NCBI RefSeq assembly: GCF_902459465.1
Contig: NC_047083.1
Location: forward strand, 1,302,001 to 1,366,000
From: Asterias rubens
Lineage: Eukaryota
Direction: 5' to 3'
Length of the DNA stretch: 64,000 bases
Positions 33,301-51,647 of this stretch are shown here, one piece after another; position 1 is the stretch's first letter, and each line of letters starts with the position of its first letter. The translations under genes were made by a program, and so were the position numbers. The notes below the pieces were generated by a model. It was not told where the DNA came from. It saw only the letters and a list, made by a program, of their open reading frames with translations, and searched no databases.

Positions 33301-35212
33301 TTGACTTTTTCATTTCTGTGGTCAAAGAAGGTGAGAAAAGATGGCGGTGTTGTTATTTTTATGTTTTAATAACTTAAACTGGGCTTGGGATGTGGGCGGG
33401 GCCGGGAGTGTGGGACGGGGTCCTGTGGCTGGGATAATGGGTGTTTTCTCGGGGGGAGGGGGGGGGATCGGGATGGACTAGAGGAAAGGTACTTTATTTG
33501 TATGCGGAAACCATGAAAGTCAGACTTAATTGTTTTAAAGGATTATTTAACCCAAAATGAGTGACAAACTGCGCCTGTTGTTTATTTCTTCCTTCATGTT
33601 AAAACTTTTAAAAAAAGACATGCAACTATTTTATTTTTAATTTATTTGTTTTTATTAAAATAATGGCTTGCTTTTTAGTTCACGTGAACTGTTAATCCAG
33701 AGCTGTGGTGAGGCAGAGGGTGACATCGTATTGACAAGGGACTGGAATAACTTTTTTAAATCCTGTTAGTGATTGTATTTAGTTCTAATTTTGATATTAC
33801 ACTAATTATTTTGCTAGTAATTCTTGGGGAGTTTTCTTCACAGTACATAAAGACGATGATGATGAAATTAATAACAAGTTTAATTTTCTTTCCAGGTGTA
33901 ATTACATTAATTATTTTGCTAGCAATACTGGGGGAGGTTTCTTCACAGTACATAAAGACGATGATGATGAAATTAATAACAAGTTTAATTTTCTTTCCAG
34001 GTGAGGTACGTTTTGTTAAAGGCAGCTCTGATCTATGGTGTCACTTTTGTCATCGTACTCCCCCTGCTTTGTCGAAATCTGCCTTACTCTAAATACTTCA
34101 GCAGTCCCGTTGACATCCACAAGAAAGTTTATGAATACAACCAGCGCAGAATCAAACAAGCAGAAGATTATCTATCAAAGGTAGATTTGGAGAATGTGAG
34201 GAAACGTGTGTCACCGAGGACAGCGAGATTGCAGTTGGCCATTGGCGTCGTAAGCGTAGAGAGACAGAAGAAAAAGTCTAAGACGGTTGGAACGCAGTAC
34301 CTCACGCAGGTTATGGCGCGTTTGCATGAGGCGATTAGGACTCATGGCGTCCAAGATAAGACGTTTATGTTCATCTGCAATGTCGAGAAGAATGGCGTCG
34401 AACATAAAGAAGCCGATTATCTTTCAAAATATTTCCATGTGAGACGGTTTCCACGGAATCGGACTCGACATGAGAAGATGAGCAAAGAACGCGAGAAAGA
34501 GAATTACGCATTTTGCCTTGAATCTGCGGCCACCTTCAAAGCTGACTACGTCTTACTGCTCCAAGATGATGCTTTGCCACATTCAAACTTCTATGAAGTC
34601 TTGGACTATCTCCTTAAAAATAAACTAGAGAGGAAAACATTACAAGGACAATACACGCACGGCGAGAATGACTGGGTGTGGATGAAACTGAACTTTCCAG
34701 ACAATTTAGCAGACTTTCACCGGAGCCCGTACTTTGCCTATGAGTGGATCGCACTCTCCCTCACCGGGGCTTCGGTTTTATCCCTAATTTACCACCTTAC
34801 CACGGGTCACGAAACATTCCCAACAAAGTCACGGAAACTTGCCTTAGTTCTAAACATTGTCTTCATTCTAAGTTTCTGCTACTTCTTCTTGGCCTTTTGG
34901 CTCATTGGTCGGCCTTATTTCCTTCGTCTTTACGGCCTTTCAAAACACTTCACCAAGTTAACACCAGGTACTTCCTGCTGCCTTCCTGCAGTTGTGTTTC
35001 CCCGAATTCAGATTCAGGGGCTGGTGGATTACTTAAACACAATCAGGTGTACTCCGATGGTTCCCCTAGACTTTGCCTTGGATGCTTATCGTGAAAAGAC
35101 CAAACTCAAGCAGTACCTTGCCGTTCCAAACCTCTTCTCACATATCGGTTATTTTTCAGCGTTACATCAGGGTGTGAATAGTCAGGACGCTTATGCCTTC
35201 CTCATTGAATGA
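33298..35212 (+). CDS. PGAP4: Post-GPI attachment to proteins factor 4 (GPI GalNAc transferase, TMEM246)
   Basis: Main exon 34001-35212 follows a TTTTCTTTCCAG acceptor and encodes FICNVE, EKEKEN/YAFCLES-like, YVLLLQDDALP, CCLPAVVFP and PNLFSHIGYFSAL motifs with N-terminal and internal TM segments, as in TMEM246. The ORF opens with GTG, so the start is inferred in exon 33298-33330 (MLTFSFLWSKK, phase-0 donor GTGAGA); this first exon is less certain. Confidence 0.9.
33796..34002. repeat. 105-bp tandem duplication of the PGAP4 intron 3' end
   Basis: ATTACA.TAATTATTTTGCTAG at 33796 and 33901; acceptor TTTTCTTTCCAG/GTG ends at 33895 and 34000. Confidence 0.95.
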
Positions 35213-36931
35213 TGAGACTCAAACACTGGTCAGACTGCATAATTTTAATGTATGTGTCAAGTCACGGAAGAAGTGAGTTTGTGTCGCTTGGCAACTGTTG
35301 CCTTATATTTACCTCTGCTGTTGTGGTCATTTTGTATTTTTAATATTAAATCATGCACTCAGTTTAACTCATGATCAATATAATGCCTTGTAATTGCAAC
35401 ATTTTAAATATATATAAATTTAGGGATTTTCTCCCAAGGTGTCATTTATACTTTAGTGTTTGACACTTTGTGACCATTGAAATGTTAATTATCTCCACAG
35501 AGGGTGCACTATGAACATGTATCAGTGATTTAACTCTGATTAAAAGGGGAAAAGAAACCACCACAATTCTTCAATTAAGTGGTTGGTTTATCTCTTGCTA
35601 CTTTAACTTACAAATATTACAGTAGGTAGGTGATAAGATTGTGCCTTTGATGAGACAATCATGTAATTTGGCACAGTTTAATATCATTATCTCAATGTCC
35701 TACTTTTACGTTACGGGGGCGGAGGGGGTCATGCGAGTGCTAGGGTTGTCGTTTCTTTTTCCAGTGCAAATACACAGATAATGGTAAAGTAATATTTTAT
35801 TTGGAATCAGTAGGGCTTGTTTTATAAAGTGTATGTGTTTCCGTCCCTCAAAGCTATCATTTTCCATGCACTTTAAGTCTCAGGCCTTGAACTTCGGTCT
35901 TGAAGGGCCACAGCAATGTTCCTTTGGTAAAGGGGCACTTCTATGAGGGAAAACCTATTAGAACTTTGCAAAGGGCACCATAAGATTTATCATGAATAGC
36001 AAAATATCAAGAGAGGGTATGTTGAACCCACACAAAGGTATAGGCGTTGCGTGCGCGAGTCGTAGAAACTGCATAGAAACTGCCCCATATTCCTTCCCCA
36101 CAATGCATTGCGGTTCTGAATCGCGATAAACCTTATTGCAATGCTGTGGGTACTACGAGTTGTTTTGAGGCCTGAAATTTGTGAACTAAAAATAACATAC
36201 CACATTTGTTTTCTTAGAAGTTAATGTTTTTTGAATGTTTTTATTGACAAACGAAAATCAGCTAAACCAAAACAGAACTCTATTTATGAAATTATATGAG
36301 TAAACTAAATAACAAATAAGTAATCAAATGCTACTAAGTATACCAATAAAGTATTTGAACAATGTGTCTTACTGTGTAAAATAAAATAAACAAACTGGTC
36401 TAGAACAATGTTGAAGTTCTTTGAGCATTTCTAATAAATTGTTTGGAGAAGTCCTTGCAAAACCCCAAATCCACCTGTCTACAACAATTAACTTGGTTTA
36501 AAAATTGCAAACCTTCATCAGGGTCAGGGGCAGTCATCTTGATGACTGGAGGGGGGGGGGGGGGGAGAGTGTGTGTTCATTTGAGGACACTACATGTATG
36601 TGTGTGGGTTGTTTTCGGGAAGGAGGGGGGGGGGGGAGGCACCTAGAGGCATGTCCCCAAACCCAAGGCCTGACTTTCCACCCCAAATGCCTTGTAAAGC
36701 ATTAATGCATAATAAGTTTACTAGTGCAGTCCACCGGCCAACACCATACAGTAAATCAACACCCAAGCTGTTAATATTTGGAACAATGACTTGTTTTGAC
36801 TATACCAGAATCCCAGACTAAAAACAGAGATTCAACATCACATGGGGAAACTTTTGTACAGCAACCTCCAGATGGACAAAGCATGGTCTCATTGTACAAT
36901 TGTGTAAGTGTGTTCTGATAACTTCAAGGGG

Positions 36932-37360
36932 TTAATATCTATATTTGGTTGAGTAATCCTTTGGCGAGACCACAAGACCACGCCCTTTCCTCGCCCCTTT
37001 GTACACAGTCTCGACAATGTCAATCATCTCCTGAGGATCTTCAAGAGTCCAGTTGATTTTGTTGTTGTTTCCCGTTCCCAAATCAATCATGATATGCTTA
37101 TTGCGGAAGAAGAACATAGTCGTACAGGGATCGTACAATTCGTACATCTTGTTAAAATCTGGAACTTCGGTGATGTCGACGAGGTAAACGACGGCAAAGT
37201 TCTTGCATTTATCTGCGATTTTGTACAAGATCTCGTCCATGTTCATACAAGTGGGGTCCCAGTCGTGGCCGAAGCGTATGATGACAACGCGATCCTCCTC
37301 TGAGGTAATGGCTTGGTCCACCTGCCAGCCGTTGTGGAGATGCGTTAACATGTAAGACAT
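36932..37360 (-). CDS. TXNL4A: Thioredoxin-like protein 4A (Dim1, U5 snRNP 15 kDa)
   Basis: 142-aa ORF MSYMLTHLHNGWQVDQAI...VVSPKDYSTKYRY, near-identical to Dim1. CDS is uninterrupted. A 5'UTR intron is suggested by an acceptor at 37441 and a donor GTAAGT at 37950. Confidence 0.99.
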   Translation of the reverse strand: MSYMLTHLHNGWQVDQAITSEEDRVVIIRFGHDWDPTCMNMDEILYKIADKCKNFAVVYLVDITEVPDFNKMYELYDPCTTMFFFRNKHIMIDLGTGNNNKINWTLEDPQEMIDIVETVYKGARKGRGLVVSPKDYSTKYRY

Positions 37361-37950
37361 GGTGGCAGTATGGGAGGTTCCAGTTCTTCTTTAGGGGTGT
37401 TTCAGTAGAGAGATTCTTCAACAATAACAAAGATGTTTTGTCTGTAAAAACAAAAGCAAACTCGATCTTAAAAATAGATTCATCAATTCATTCAATAACA
37501 AATTAATAAACAAATTAAACAAAATTTGGTTATTGTTATTACAAGGAAGAAAAAGCAACAGTTTCACATGGAATAGTATTAACTGAGAAATACTTTTATC
37601 TTTTGTTTGTTTCATTTCTCTCACAAATGGGCCCCAGAAATTCTGAGTTTTGCAATCACAATCATCAAACATTAAATTTTTAAAATGGTTCACTAAATTT
37701 CACAAATAGAAATAATAATATCATTAAATTAATTACTAAAATACAAATGTACTTGTTGAACTTGTACATTAAACAATTGTCTGCCTTACTTGATAAAGTC
37801 ATATACACAGCAAATCCATTAGTTAACAACAACAAACTAAAAATGTGATCCCAATGAAAATTAAATGAAACTCATGATATTTAATTTGATTCAAATCATA
37901 GAATTTCTATTCTAAAGTATAATTACGAAATAATTTGAGTAGATACTTAC

Positions 37951-38330
37951 TTGTCTGCCAGTCACAATCGCAACACGTAATACAGCATGAAGAAAAGGAT
38001 TTCTGGGTTCTCTGTTTTTCGGTCCAGGAATTTGTTTTAAATACAAACAAATTCGTACTTTTTTTCAGACCATTTGCAACAACAATTTACGTTTTGGAGA
38101 AATTTCTTGCACTACTGTAGTCAGATCCCCTGTCACAAAGAATCGCTCAATCCTTAGGAAAAGCTACTGGGTACTATACCATTTCTACTTGTAATTTCGT
38201 ATTCGATGTTTTTTTCAAGACTCCGTAGTTAAATTTAACGGGTTCCCAGAGTAACTTCTTGGTAAGTTACCGCAGCAGAAATCAATGAGAACCATGCAGT
38301 GAAACCGATCAAAGATGGCGGCGCTCACAG
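37951..38330. promoter_or_regulatory. Bidirectional promoter TXNL4A/NDUFA9
   Basis: The TXNL4A non-coding first-exon donor (37950, minus) and the NDUFA9 ATG (38315) are under 400 bp apart. YY1-type AAGATGGCGGC overlaps the NDUFA9 ATG. Confidence 0.65.
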
Positions 38331-41300
38331 GAGCTCTTCGAAAAACGTCCGCCTTTCCAAGTAAGTTTCAATGATTAAATGTCTTCTTTTTACCCTGATA
38401 ATTCTGCACACAATTAATTCAGTGTCGATAAACACTTTGCGAAATTAAAGTATGTGATCAAGGTAATTCAAGTACAATTATTAATCAAAATATTCACTGA
38501 CCCGGCTAAGTCGGTAAAAACTACTGTATCCCTTGAATGCTAAAAAGTACTGAAAATGGAATTTCTCTGAAAAAGTTAAAAATTTGTTTACTTATATTTT
38601 ATTTTAAAATGGTTTATAATTTTTAAACATGTATTTGATCAACTTTTACATTTTAAAAAATTGTTTACTTGCCATGATCATAGTTGCGACATGACATGAG
38701 GGTTACGCATTTAAAAAAATGTTTACTTGCCATGATGATAGTTGCGATGAGGGTTACGCTATCGCAACGAACTACCATCACGATTGATTCGTTCATTTCA
38801 ACCTTTTTTTGTGAAAGAAACGCAATTAAAAAGTTAATAAAAGTAAACTTACCAGTAAAAAGTAACATTTTTAAGTGAACAATTTACAATAATATCAAGG
38901 CAAAGAGCATGTTTGGTTGGGAAGTAAAACAAACTGGTGGGGGGGTAACTGTGTTTAGTTCGAAAATACATTTTCACAACACAGTAAAAACACACTCAAT
39001 TTTTTTGAGATTTTGCCAATTTCATTTTTCATTTCGTTTTCAACCACCAGAAGGCGTACTACGTTCAGTTACATGTGTAACAGAGTCACACCAACGGAAT
39101 GCAGGCACCTACCACCATGCTGTTATACCAAAGGGTAGAGGGGGGAGATCCTCATTCAGCGGTATCGTTGCAGCAGTGTTTGGAGCCAACGGGTTCGTTG
39201 GGCGATATGTCGTCAGCAGACTTGGTTAGTATTTAACCCTGCAAAACTAAGGCCATAAGATCATCATAACTTAAGGACCATTGAGACTTGTTTCCACAAG
39301 GGGCTGAGACTTTATTTTAAAAGATGAATTGTTAATCTTGCCATAGTGATTTGTATTCTGACATGACACTTTATAGCAATTACTTTAACCCTTTGTGAAA
39401 TCGATCGCTGGGCTCGGCTTGTTATTAAAGATGGTGAATCAAGCTCAACAGCACTGAGGGACATTCAAAACTTTATACACTAAAACCTTTGTCTGATTTT
39501 TAAGGGTATTATCTTTAAATAATCCTTTATTCTAAATCTTCCGGACTTAGGTAAAGTCAAATGAAACCATTCAGTTATTTTGGCTGATCAAGATAAAAAA
39601 ACACATTTAAACGACTTTAACTGGTGATCTTGTTAATGATTTTGATTAACGGTGTGTTATGGATTGCAGGTCGTGAAGGGTCGCAGGTCATGATCCCCCA
39701 CCGTTGCGATCACTACAACCTGATGCACTACAGGGTCATGGGTGACCTGGGTCAGATACTCTTCAGAGTGAGTATGGTTCAGCGGGAGTTTTCAAAGAGT
39801 TAAGACTAGTCTTATCTCAAGTTAGGACGAGTTACTAGTACTTACTTTGGACAAGCCTAAGTTTTCAATATATCCTAGGACTAGTCCTAAGTTGGGAGTA
39901 GTCCCAACTCTTTGTGAAATCGACCCTTGGTCACAAATGACGCAGCAGTTGTGTGTTGGCTTTTTGACGGGATTCTTATGGCATGTTGTGGCCGGCGGTC
40001 TAGTTCACTAGACCAATCTCTGGTGTTGTCCGCAGCAGAGTGCACAGTCAGTGTGGGTTCGATTCCAGGACATGACACTTGTGCCCTTGAGCAAGGCACT
40101 TAACCATAAGTGATATGTAAAAAGTTGGGAAGTCAGTGTATTCTGCTCTACCAGCCAGGCTCTAAGTGGATGTTACCCATACTTACATCCTAACGGACTG
40201 TGAAGGGGGTAACCCAGTTGCAGCCTGGTAACCCTGCTATCAGTTGGTAGCTGATTTGGGTCGATAGCCCAAATGTTGTTCATGTTTCGGATGGAAATGT
40301 CTACTTTTTGCACGTATAAAATAAATTGTAATTTGTGGTTTTAATTCTTTGCAGCAATGTGAGCTGCGGAATCACGATTTAATATCGGACATAATGCAAC
40401 ATTGTAACGTTGTCATCAACCTGGTAGGCAAAGACTATGAGACAAGGTAAGAGCTTAGTATTCCAGTCTTCTCCTTCCTTGGGTTGGTCTTTCCTCGGCT
40501 CACCCTGCCGTTTCACAAGGTTTTCCAAACTGTAACAATCATTCTCTTCAATCAATTTTAAGAAAGGTTTCAACCAGGGCCCAATTTCATAGAGCTGCTA
40601 AGCACAACAATTTGCTAAGCATGAAATTTCTTCCTTGATAAAAACAGGATTACCAACCAAATTTTCATGAGATTTTCAGGATAAGCAAACAACAGCTGAA
40701 TACCAGTAACAAGCAATATGCAACACATGGAAATTTGGTTGGTAATCCTGTTTTTTTCCTCTGGTAAGGGGCATTTCTATGGGGAAAATGTAAGGTTTTA
40801 TTGGAACCTTGCAGAGGGCACCACGACAAGAGCACAGGGCACCACAGCAATTGCTGTGGGTGCTTTTTCGCGGCTGTAACCAATAACTGTTTCGGTCATT
40901 GGCCAGTGATTTACCAATTGCCAATTCAACCCAAACAGTTATTCTCAAAACCCACCTTTTTCCCTCTTCATAACTGGTCGTCTCTGTCTGTGTTCTGTCT
41001 CGTTCTCCTTTTTTCTTCAGCGCCTTGTATCCTTGGCAATTTGGCGCTTTACAAATACTTTTATTGTTATTATTAGTTATTGGTTACAACTTCAAAAACG
41101 CAACCCTTACCCTCCTCTGCCCCTTCTGTTCTTGGGAAACACTCTGATGAATTTTATCTTGTTTGTCTTCTCGTCCTGAAGGAATTTCACCTTTGAGGAT
41201 ACCAACATTGAGGCGGCTCGTAATATCGCCCGTCTCGCTAAGAAGGCTGGAGTCAATCGACTGATTCACATGTCGGCTCTCAGTGCTGATATGTCTTCAC

Positions 41301-43529
41301 CCTCAAAGTTTCTCAGAACCAAGGTAAGGAGACGAGATTATGATACTCATCTATAAAGGGATAAAAGATTGAGCCAAGGGAGTATTAAAAGTTTCTTGAA
41401 ACAAGTAACACAGACATCAAAGGGAGAAAGGGACAGTCCCCACTGTGTCCAAACCTGTAGTTTTGTATTTCTGGTGATTAACAGAGTGGGTGAACTTCCT
41501 AAACTGTATTGTCTGGGAGGTTCTAGGTCTAGCAAAAGGAGGAACTCTGGCCAGTAAGCAAATTTCAGGACTTGTTTTACTTTCATTCCTGGTAAGGGTG
41601 AGGGAAAAGAACCAGAAGAACAGTCGGAGAGTCCTGGTTCCTGTTTAATTTTTTTTTTTAAATTTGCTCACAACAGGCGGCCGGAGAGGCTGCAGTGAAG
41701 GAAGAGTTCCCAGAGGCCACCATTCTCAAACCGGCTCAGATCTTTGGCAGAGAAGACCGTTATTTCAACCACTTTGCTAGTAAGTAGTTATAAGAAAGGC
41801 CTCAAATTAACTCAAAGCACCCTCAGCATTTGGCATTGTGCCCTGTGCTGTTGCTGTGGCGTCTTATGTAAGGTTTCAATACAAAATTTTCTTCAAAGAA
41901 GTTGCCCTTCAAGAGCGACGTTAAAGTCCTGATAAAACATTATCGTGTCAGTGCAAATTTGTTTTATCTCGCCTAAAAATGCTGTAGTATTCTCCAAATA
42001 AAAAAAGTCATGCTCTTTGATCTACTTGTCTAGAACTAAACAAACATCAACAAACATTTTATTAGTTACTAAATATAATTTTTTTTATTTTTTTTTTTTT
42101 TCCCCACAGACCAGAGACTCTTTGGTGGTGTCCCGATGTTCCTCTCGGCTTACAAGTCAGTTAAACGACCAGTTTACGTAAGACATTGTGAAATATTTTT
42201 TGTCTAATATAAGTGCGTACGATTTGTATTTCGTTCACTTGATGTTTGTACCAGGTACCAGTAGGATGACAGATTCACCTTGCAGAATCATCTGTACTTT
42301 TTGTTTCTTTTCTCCTCCTCCTGAAGGTTGCGGACGTAGGTCAAGCCGTCATTGAGGTCGTCAGGAATCCAGACACAGCAGGCATGACTTTTGAACTTGT
42401 TGGGTAAGTTGACCTTTAACCCAAAGATCATTGCAGATATCAGCTTAAAGGTGCTGAGACAAAAAAAGTTAAAATCACAGAGCAATGTTTTCAGGAAAGT
42501 CGTGAAATCCCTTGTACATGCTAAAATAATGTTTGTCTCCCTTTATTTGTGTGAAATTAATTTGCTAATTTCTCAAAAAGTACAGCACCTCAGCAAGAAA
42601 TATTTTAAGGGAAGCTTTCTACCATCATTATCTTCAAACCGTGTAAGTTTAATCTAAATCTGTGGACAATGTGTTTTGTGTCCTACAAAAAAGACCCAAA
42701 CACTTTAACGAGATCAAAAATGTTGTTTCTGTTTTGACAGGCCGAACGGCTACATCTTATCGGACTTGATTGACTTTATCTATCGAGTCACCAGACGTCC
42801 CTACATCAAGTACCCAGTACCTAGACATCTGCTACGCCTAGCGGCCGCTATCATGGAGAAAACTCCATTCGAACCTTTGATGACCAGAGACATGTTAGAA
42901 CTGGTGAGAACTCCGACTTAACCCTTTTGTTACCGAATCGTTTGGAGATAAATAACTACTGGGCTCGATTTCCCAAAGCGGAAAGATTCATCTGAAGATG
43001 AGTTGTCAGTGTTACCATAGTGATCTGTATTGTGACATCACACTTTGCTTCGCAAGAAGGAGTGATACACAGTTAAGACCAATCTCAATCCTTGACTGAT
43101 GAAGTAGTCCATGCCGATTTCCAACCTTCCCAAGGTAGTAGTTAATAAGCAGGACAGGTCTTTTCAGAAGTAGTCTGCCGAATTCCGAATTATACTGTTA
43201 AAAGACAGATTCTCAAAGACCAAATCTACCAAGCAAAGTAGATACATACACTTGGCGTTACCAAAAAACTGAATAAATACATTAATACCTCACCATGTAA
43301 TTCCCTTAAAATCCATATAATCTAATTATTTTGTTTGGCTTTCCTTTTCCCAACTCCACAGCAACACACCTCTGAAAGAGTTACCCCAGGAACTCCAGGG
43401 CTTGAGGACCTCGGGATCACCCCAACCCAGATCGAGTTAGCCGCCATTAAAGGCCTGCGTAGACACCGTGCTGACCGCTACTTTGATCTTGGTATAGACG
43501 AGGTGGAAGCTGCGCCGATCGTCAAATAG
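38315..43529 (+). CDS. NDUFA9: NADH dehydrogenase (ubiquinone) 1 alpha subcomplex subunit 9 (39 kDa, SDR fold)
   Basis: Exons 38315-38360, 39051-39224, 39670-39767, 40355-40446, 41182-41323, 41677-41779, 42110-42177, 42327-42403, 42741-42903, 43362-43529; all GT-AG, phases consistent. Motifs [73 protein letters not shown]. Confidence 0.97.
39982..40230 (+). mobile_element. tRNA-derived SINE with CORE-like segment
   Basis: GGTTCGATTCC followed by GACACTTGTGCCCTTGAGCAAGGCACTTAACC. Confidence 0.6.
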
Positions 43530-43628
43530 ATTCAATCCAAGATTAAGTTTCTAAACTAAACGACAAAATTGTAAATGTTAATATTGATAGTTGCCATTTA
43601 TCAGGCATGATATTTCACTACCCCCATA

Positions 43629-43968
43629 ACAATATTTTACAAGTAAAATGGCTAACCAAGATGGTTTGTTGAAGACCTTTTCTGACTGTTAAACAACAGT
43701 CGGATTTTCTGGGAGCAAAGAAATCAGAATTGGGAAGAATAACATACCTGATCTATGAATCGCTGAAGGCCTGATTTAAAGGATTAGGGTACTTTTTGTT
43801 CACTCCCTGAACAATATTTTACAAGTACATTGGCTAAAGTCAAGATGGGTTTTTGAAGACCTTTTCCCGACTTAAATAAAAATCGGATTTTATGTGAGCA
43901 AAGAAAACAGAATTGGGTTGAAATGGGAAGAATATCACGCTTGATCTATGAACAGCCAAAGGCCTGAT
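43629..43968. repeat. Diverged duplication of about 180 bp downstream of the NDUFA9 stop
   Basis: AACAATATTTTACAAGTA...GGCCTGATT present twice. Confidence 0.75.
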
Positions 43969-45253
43969 TGAATGAAAAGCTGATTTAATTGTGGACATTG
44001 TCTCCACGGTCTCCTGTGGAATGTTGTTGCACAGGTCAATTAGGCAGAAGAGTATACATCTGTACCAATTATATTAGGGCTAGTGTATGCGCTATTGAAG
44101 CACTTTTGTTTGGGTTGTGTTTGATTTTAGTTGGTTGCTCCTACTTCTGGGGCAGCACGGAACTTTGAAAAGTTTCATTCCGATTGGGAAAAAAAAAAAT
44201 GTTCTGAAAGGTGTTTGCTTGGTGAAGCAGGCCTGGAATTTCATCGTGGAGAGGGCAAGGCCATTTTCATTCTGCAAAGAGCAAATCTTAAAAGTGTCAG
44301 AAACTTTTGAAGGGGCACCACAGCCAAGAGCAGGGCAACAGAGGCCATCACCTCCATGTAATTCCAGGTCTGTTGAAGCCTTCAAATACTGGAAACATGT
44401 CTTAATTGAACGCCCCGCTTGGCTGCACAAAGTTTTCCAAAAGGAACATCAATGGTTCCCAAAGGTTAGAACTCTAAAGCGTTCTTGTCGAGGACATGAA
44501 TCGTTTTTGGTATCTTTAACAAAAATCTGAAAATAACAAAATAACAAATGTTCTTTGAAATAAAACCTCTCGATCAGTCCACTCATTATTTGTACAGAAC
44601 TTTATTTAAAATTACAGAGTGATTACAGAACAGTGAATAAATAAGTTAACACTGGTGTTGAAGATGAACTTCTGTGCAAGTTTCTTTGATTTATTTTAGG
44701 GCTGTCGAAATTTGTTCAACATTTTCACAGTCGTGCAGAGAGTACAGGGAGTTGGAAGTTGTGTATGATTTAAATGTTTCCTTTATAAATGCTCATGTTT
44801 ATAAAGTTGGAATGAACAGCGGGGACACATTAATTGAAAACCAAAAATAGCCGAAAAATCTAACAGGCATTCGAATTGATTGTTGTTACTTAAGGGGGGT
44901 TACTATGAACGTACACAACAACAAAATTGATAAGTACAGTTTTGGAGGCAAGTCTTAAAAAAAGTAGCCCAATGTACTTTCTGTACGACATTTAAAATTT
45001 GGGACAGTCACTGAATTTGTAGAACAAATGGTTTTAAAAAGGAAGAAAATTTTTAAGCATAGCTTTGTCAAGAGGAAGATGTGTTCCTCTTTTTCTCTCC
45101 ATCGAAACTGAGGCTGGAAAAGAGAAGTAGCTCGTCGTTGAAATTTCTAAATTCCAAGTTTTGTTTTTGAGGTTTGACGGAACAGGGCTCTGACAATATG
45201 TTTGGGGGGGGGTGATGTTTTGGGTGGCGAGGGGGGGGGGGGGAGGTCGAAAA

Positions 45254-51239
<5,986 letters not shown>

Positions 51240-51243
<4 letters not shown>

Positions 51244-51647
51244 TTTAAAATAGCCCCCTCAACGTCAACACATTGTTGTTCACCGTACATGTACCATAGG
51301 AAATCTCTTCCACGTACTTGAAGAGGACACAAACACAAGTGGAGAGTCTACTGTTATGCAATACGTACCATGACGTGACCGTTATGGCATAATTGATCAC
51401 AGAGTTCGATAAAACAACTTGGTTATAAATCAGCTACACTGAAAAAGGTGCCAGAAACCTTCGTGGAGAACCACTCCTTTTCTAAGAGCAAAATCTAATC
51501 TTATCGTCTCAAATGGTCTCAACCATCCCGCAGTGCAATCTTATCAGCCGGGCGAGGTGACGGAGGTAGGTGACAGGTCTGCGGTCTGCTGAACAAAATC
51601 TTCGAGTTGTTTTTGTTGTTTGGTGAAATGGCATCTAGCTTCGTCAG
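51240..51647. promoter_or_regulatory. Bidirectional promoter KRR1/BMAL1 and putative BMAL1 first exon
   Basis: KRR1 ATG at 51243 within YY1-like AAAATGGCG; plus-strand donor CAG/GTAACA at 51647; D-box-like GTTATGCAAT at 51353-51362; CRE-like ATGACGTG near 51369. Confidence 0.55.

Noticed and set aside
36492-36524. Minus-strand CTGATGA-A-GGTTT/AAACC hairpin resembling a hammerhead
   Set aside because: The essential GAAA after stem II is missing; at most a decayed copy.
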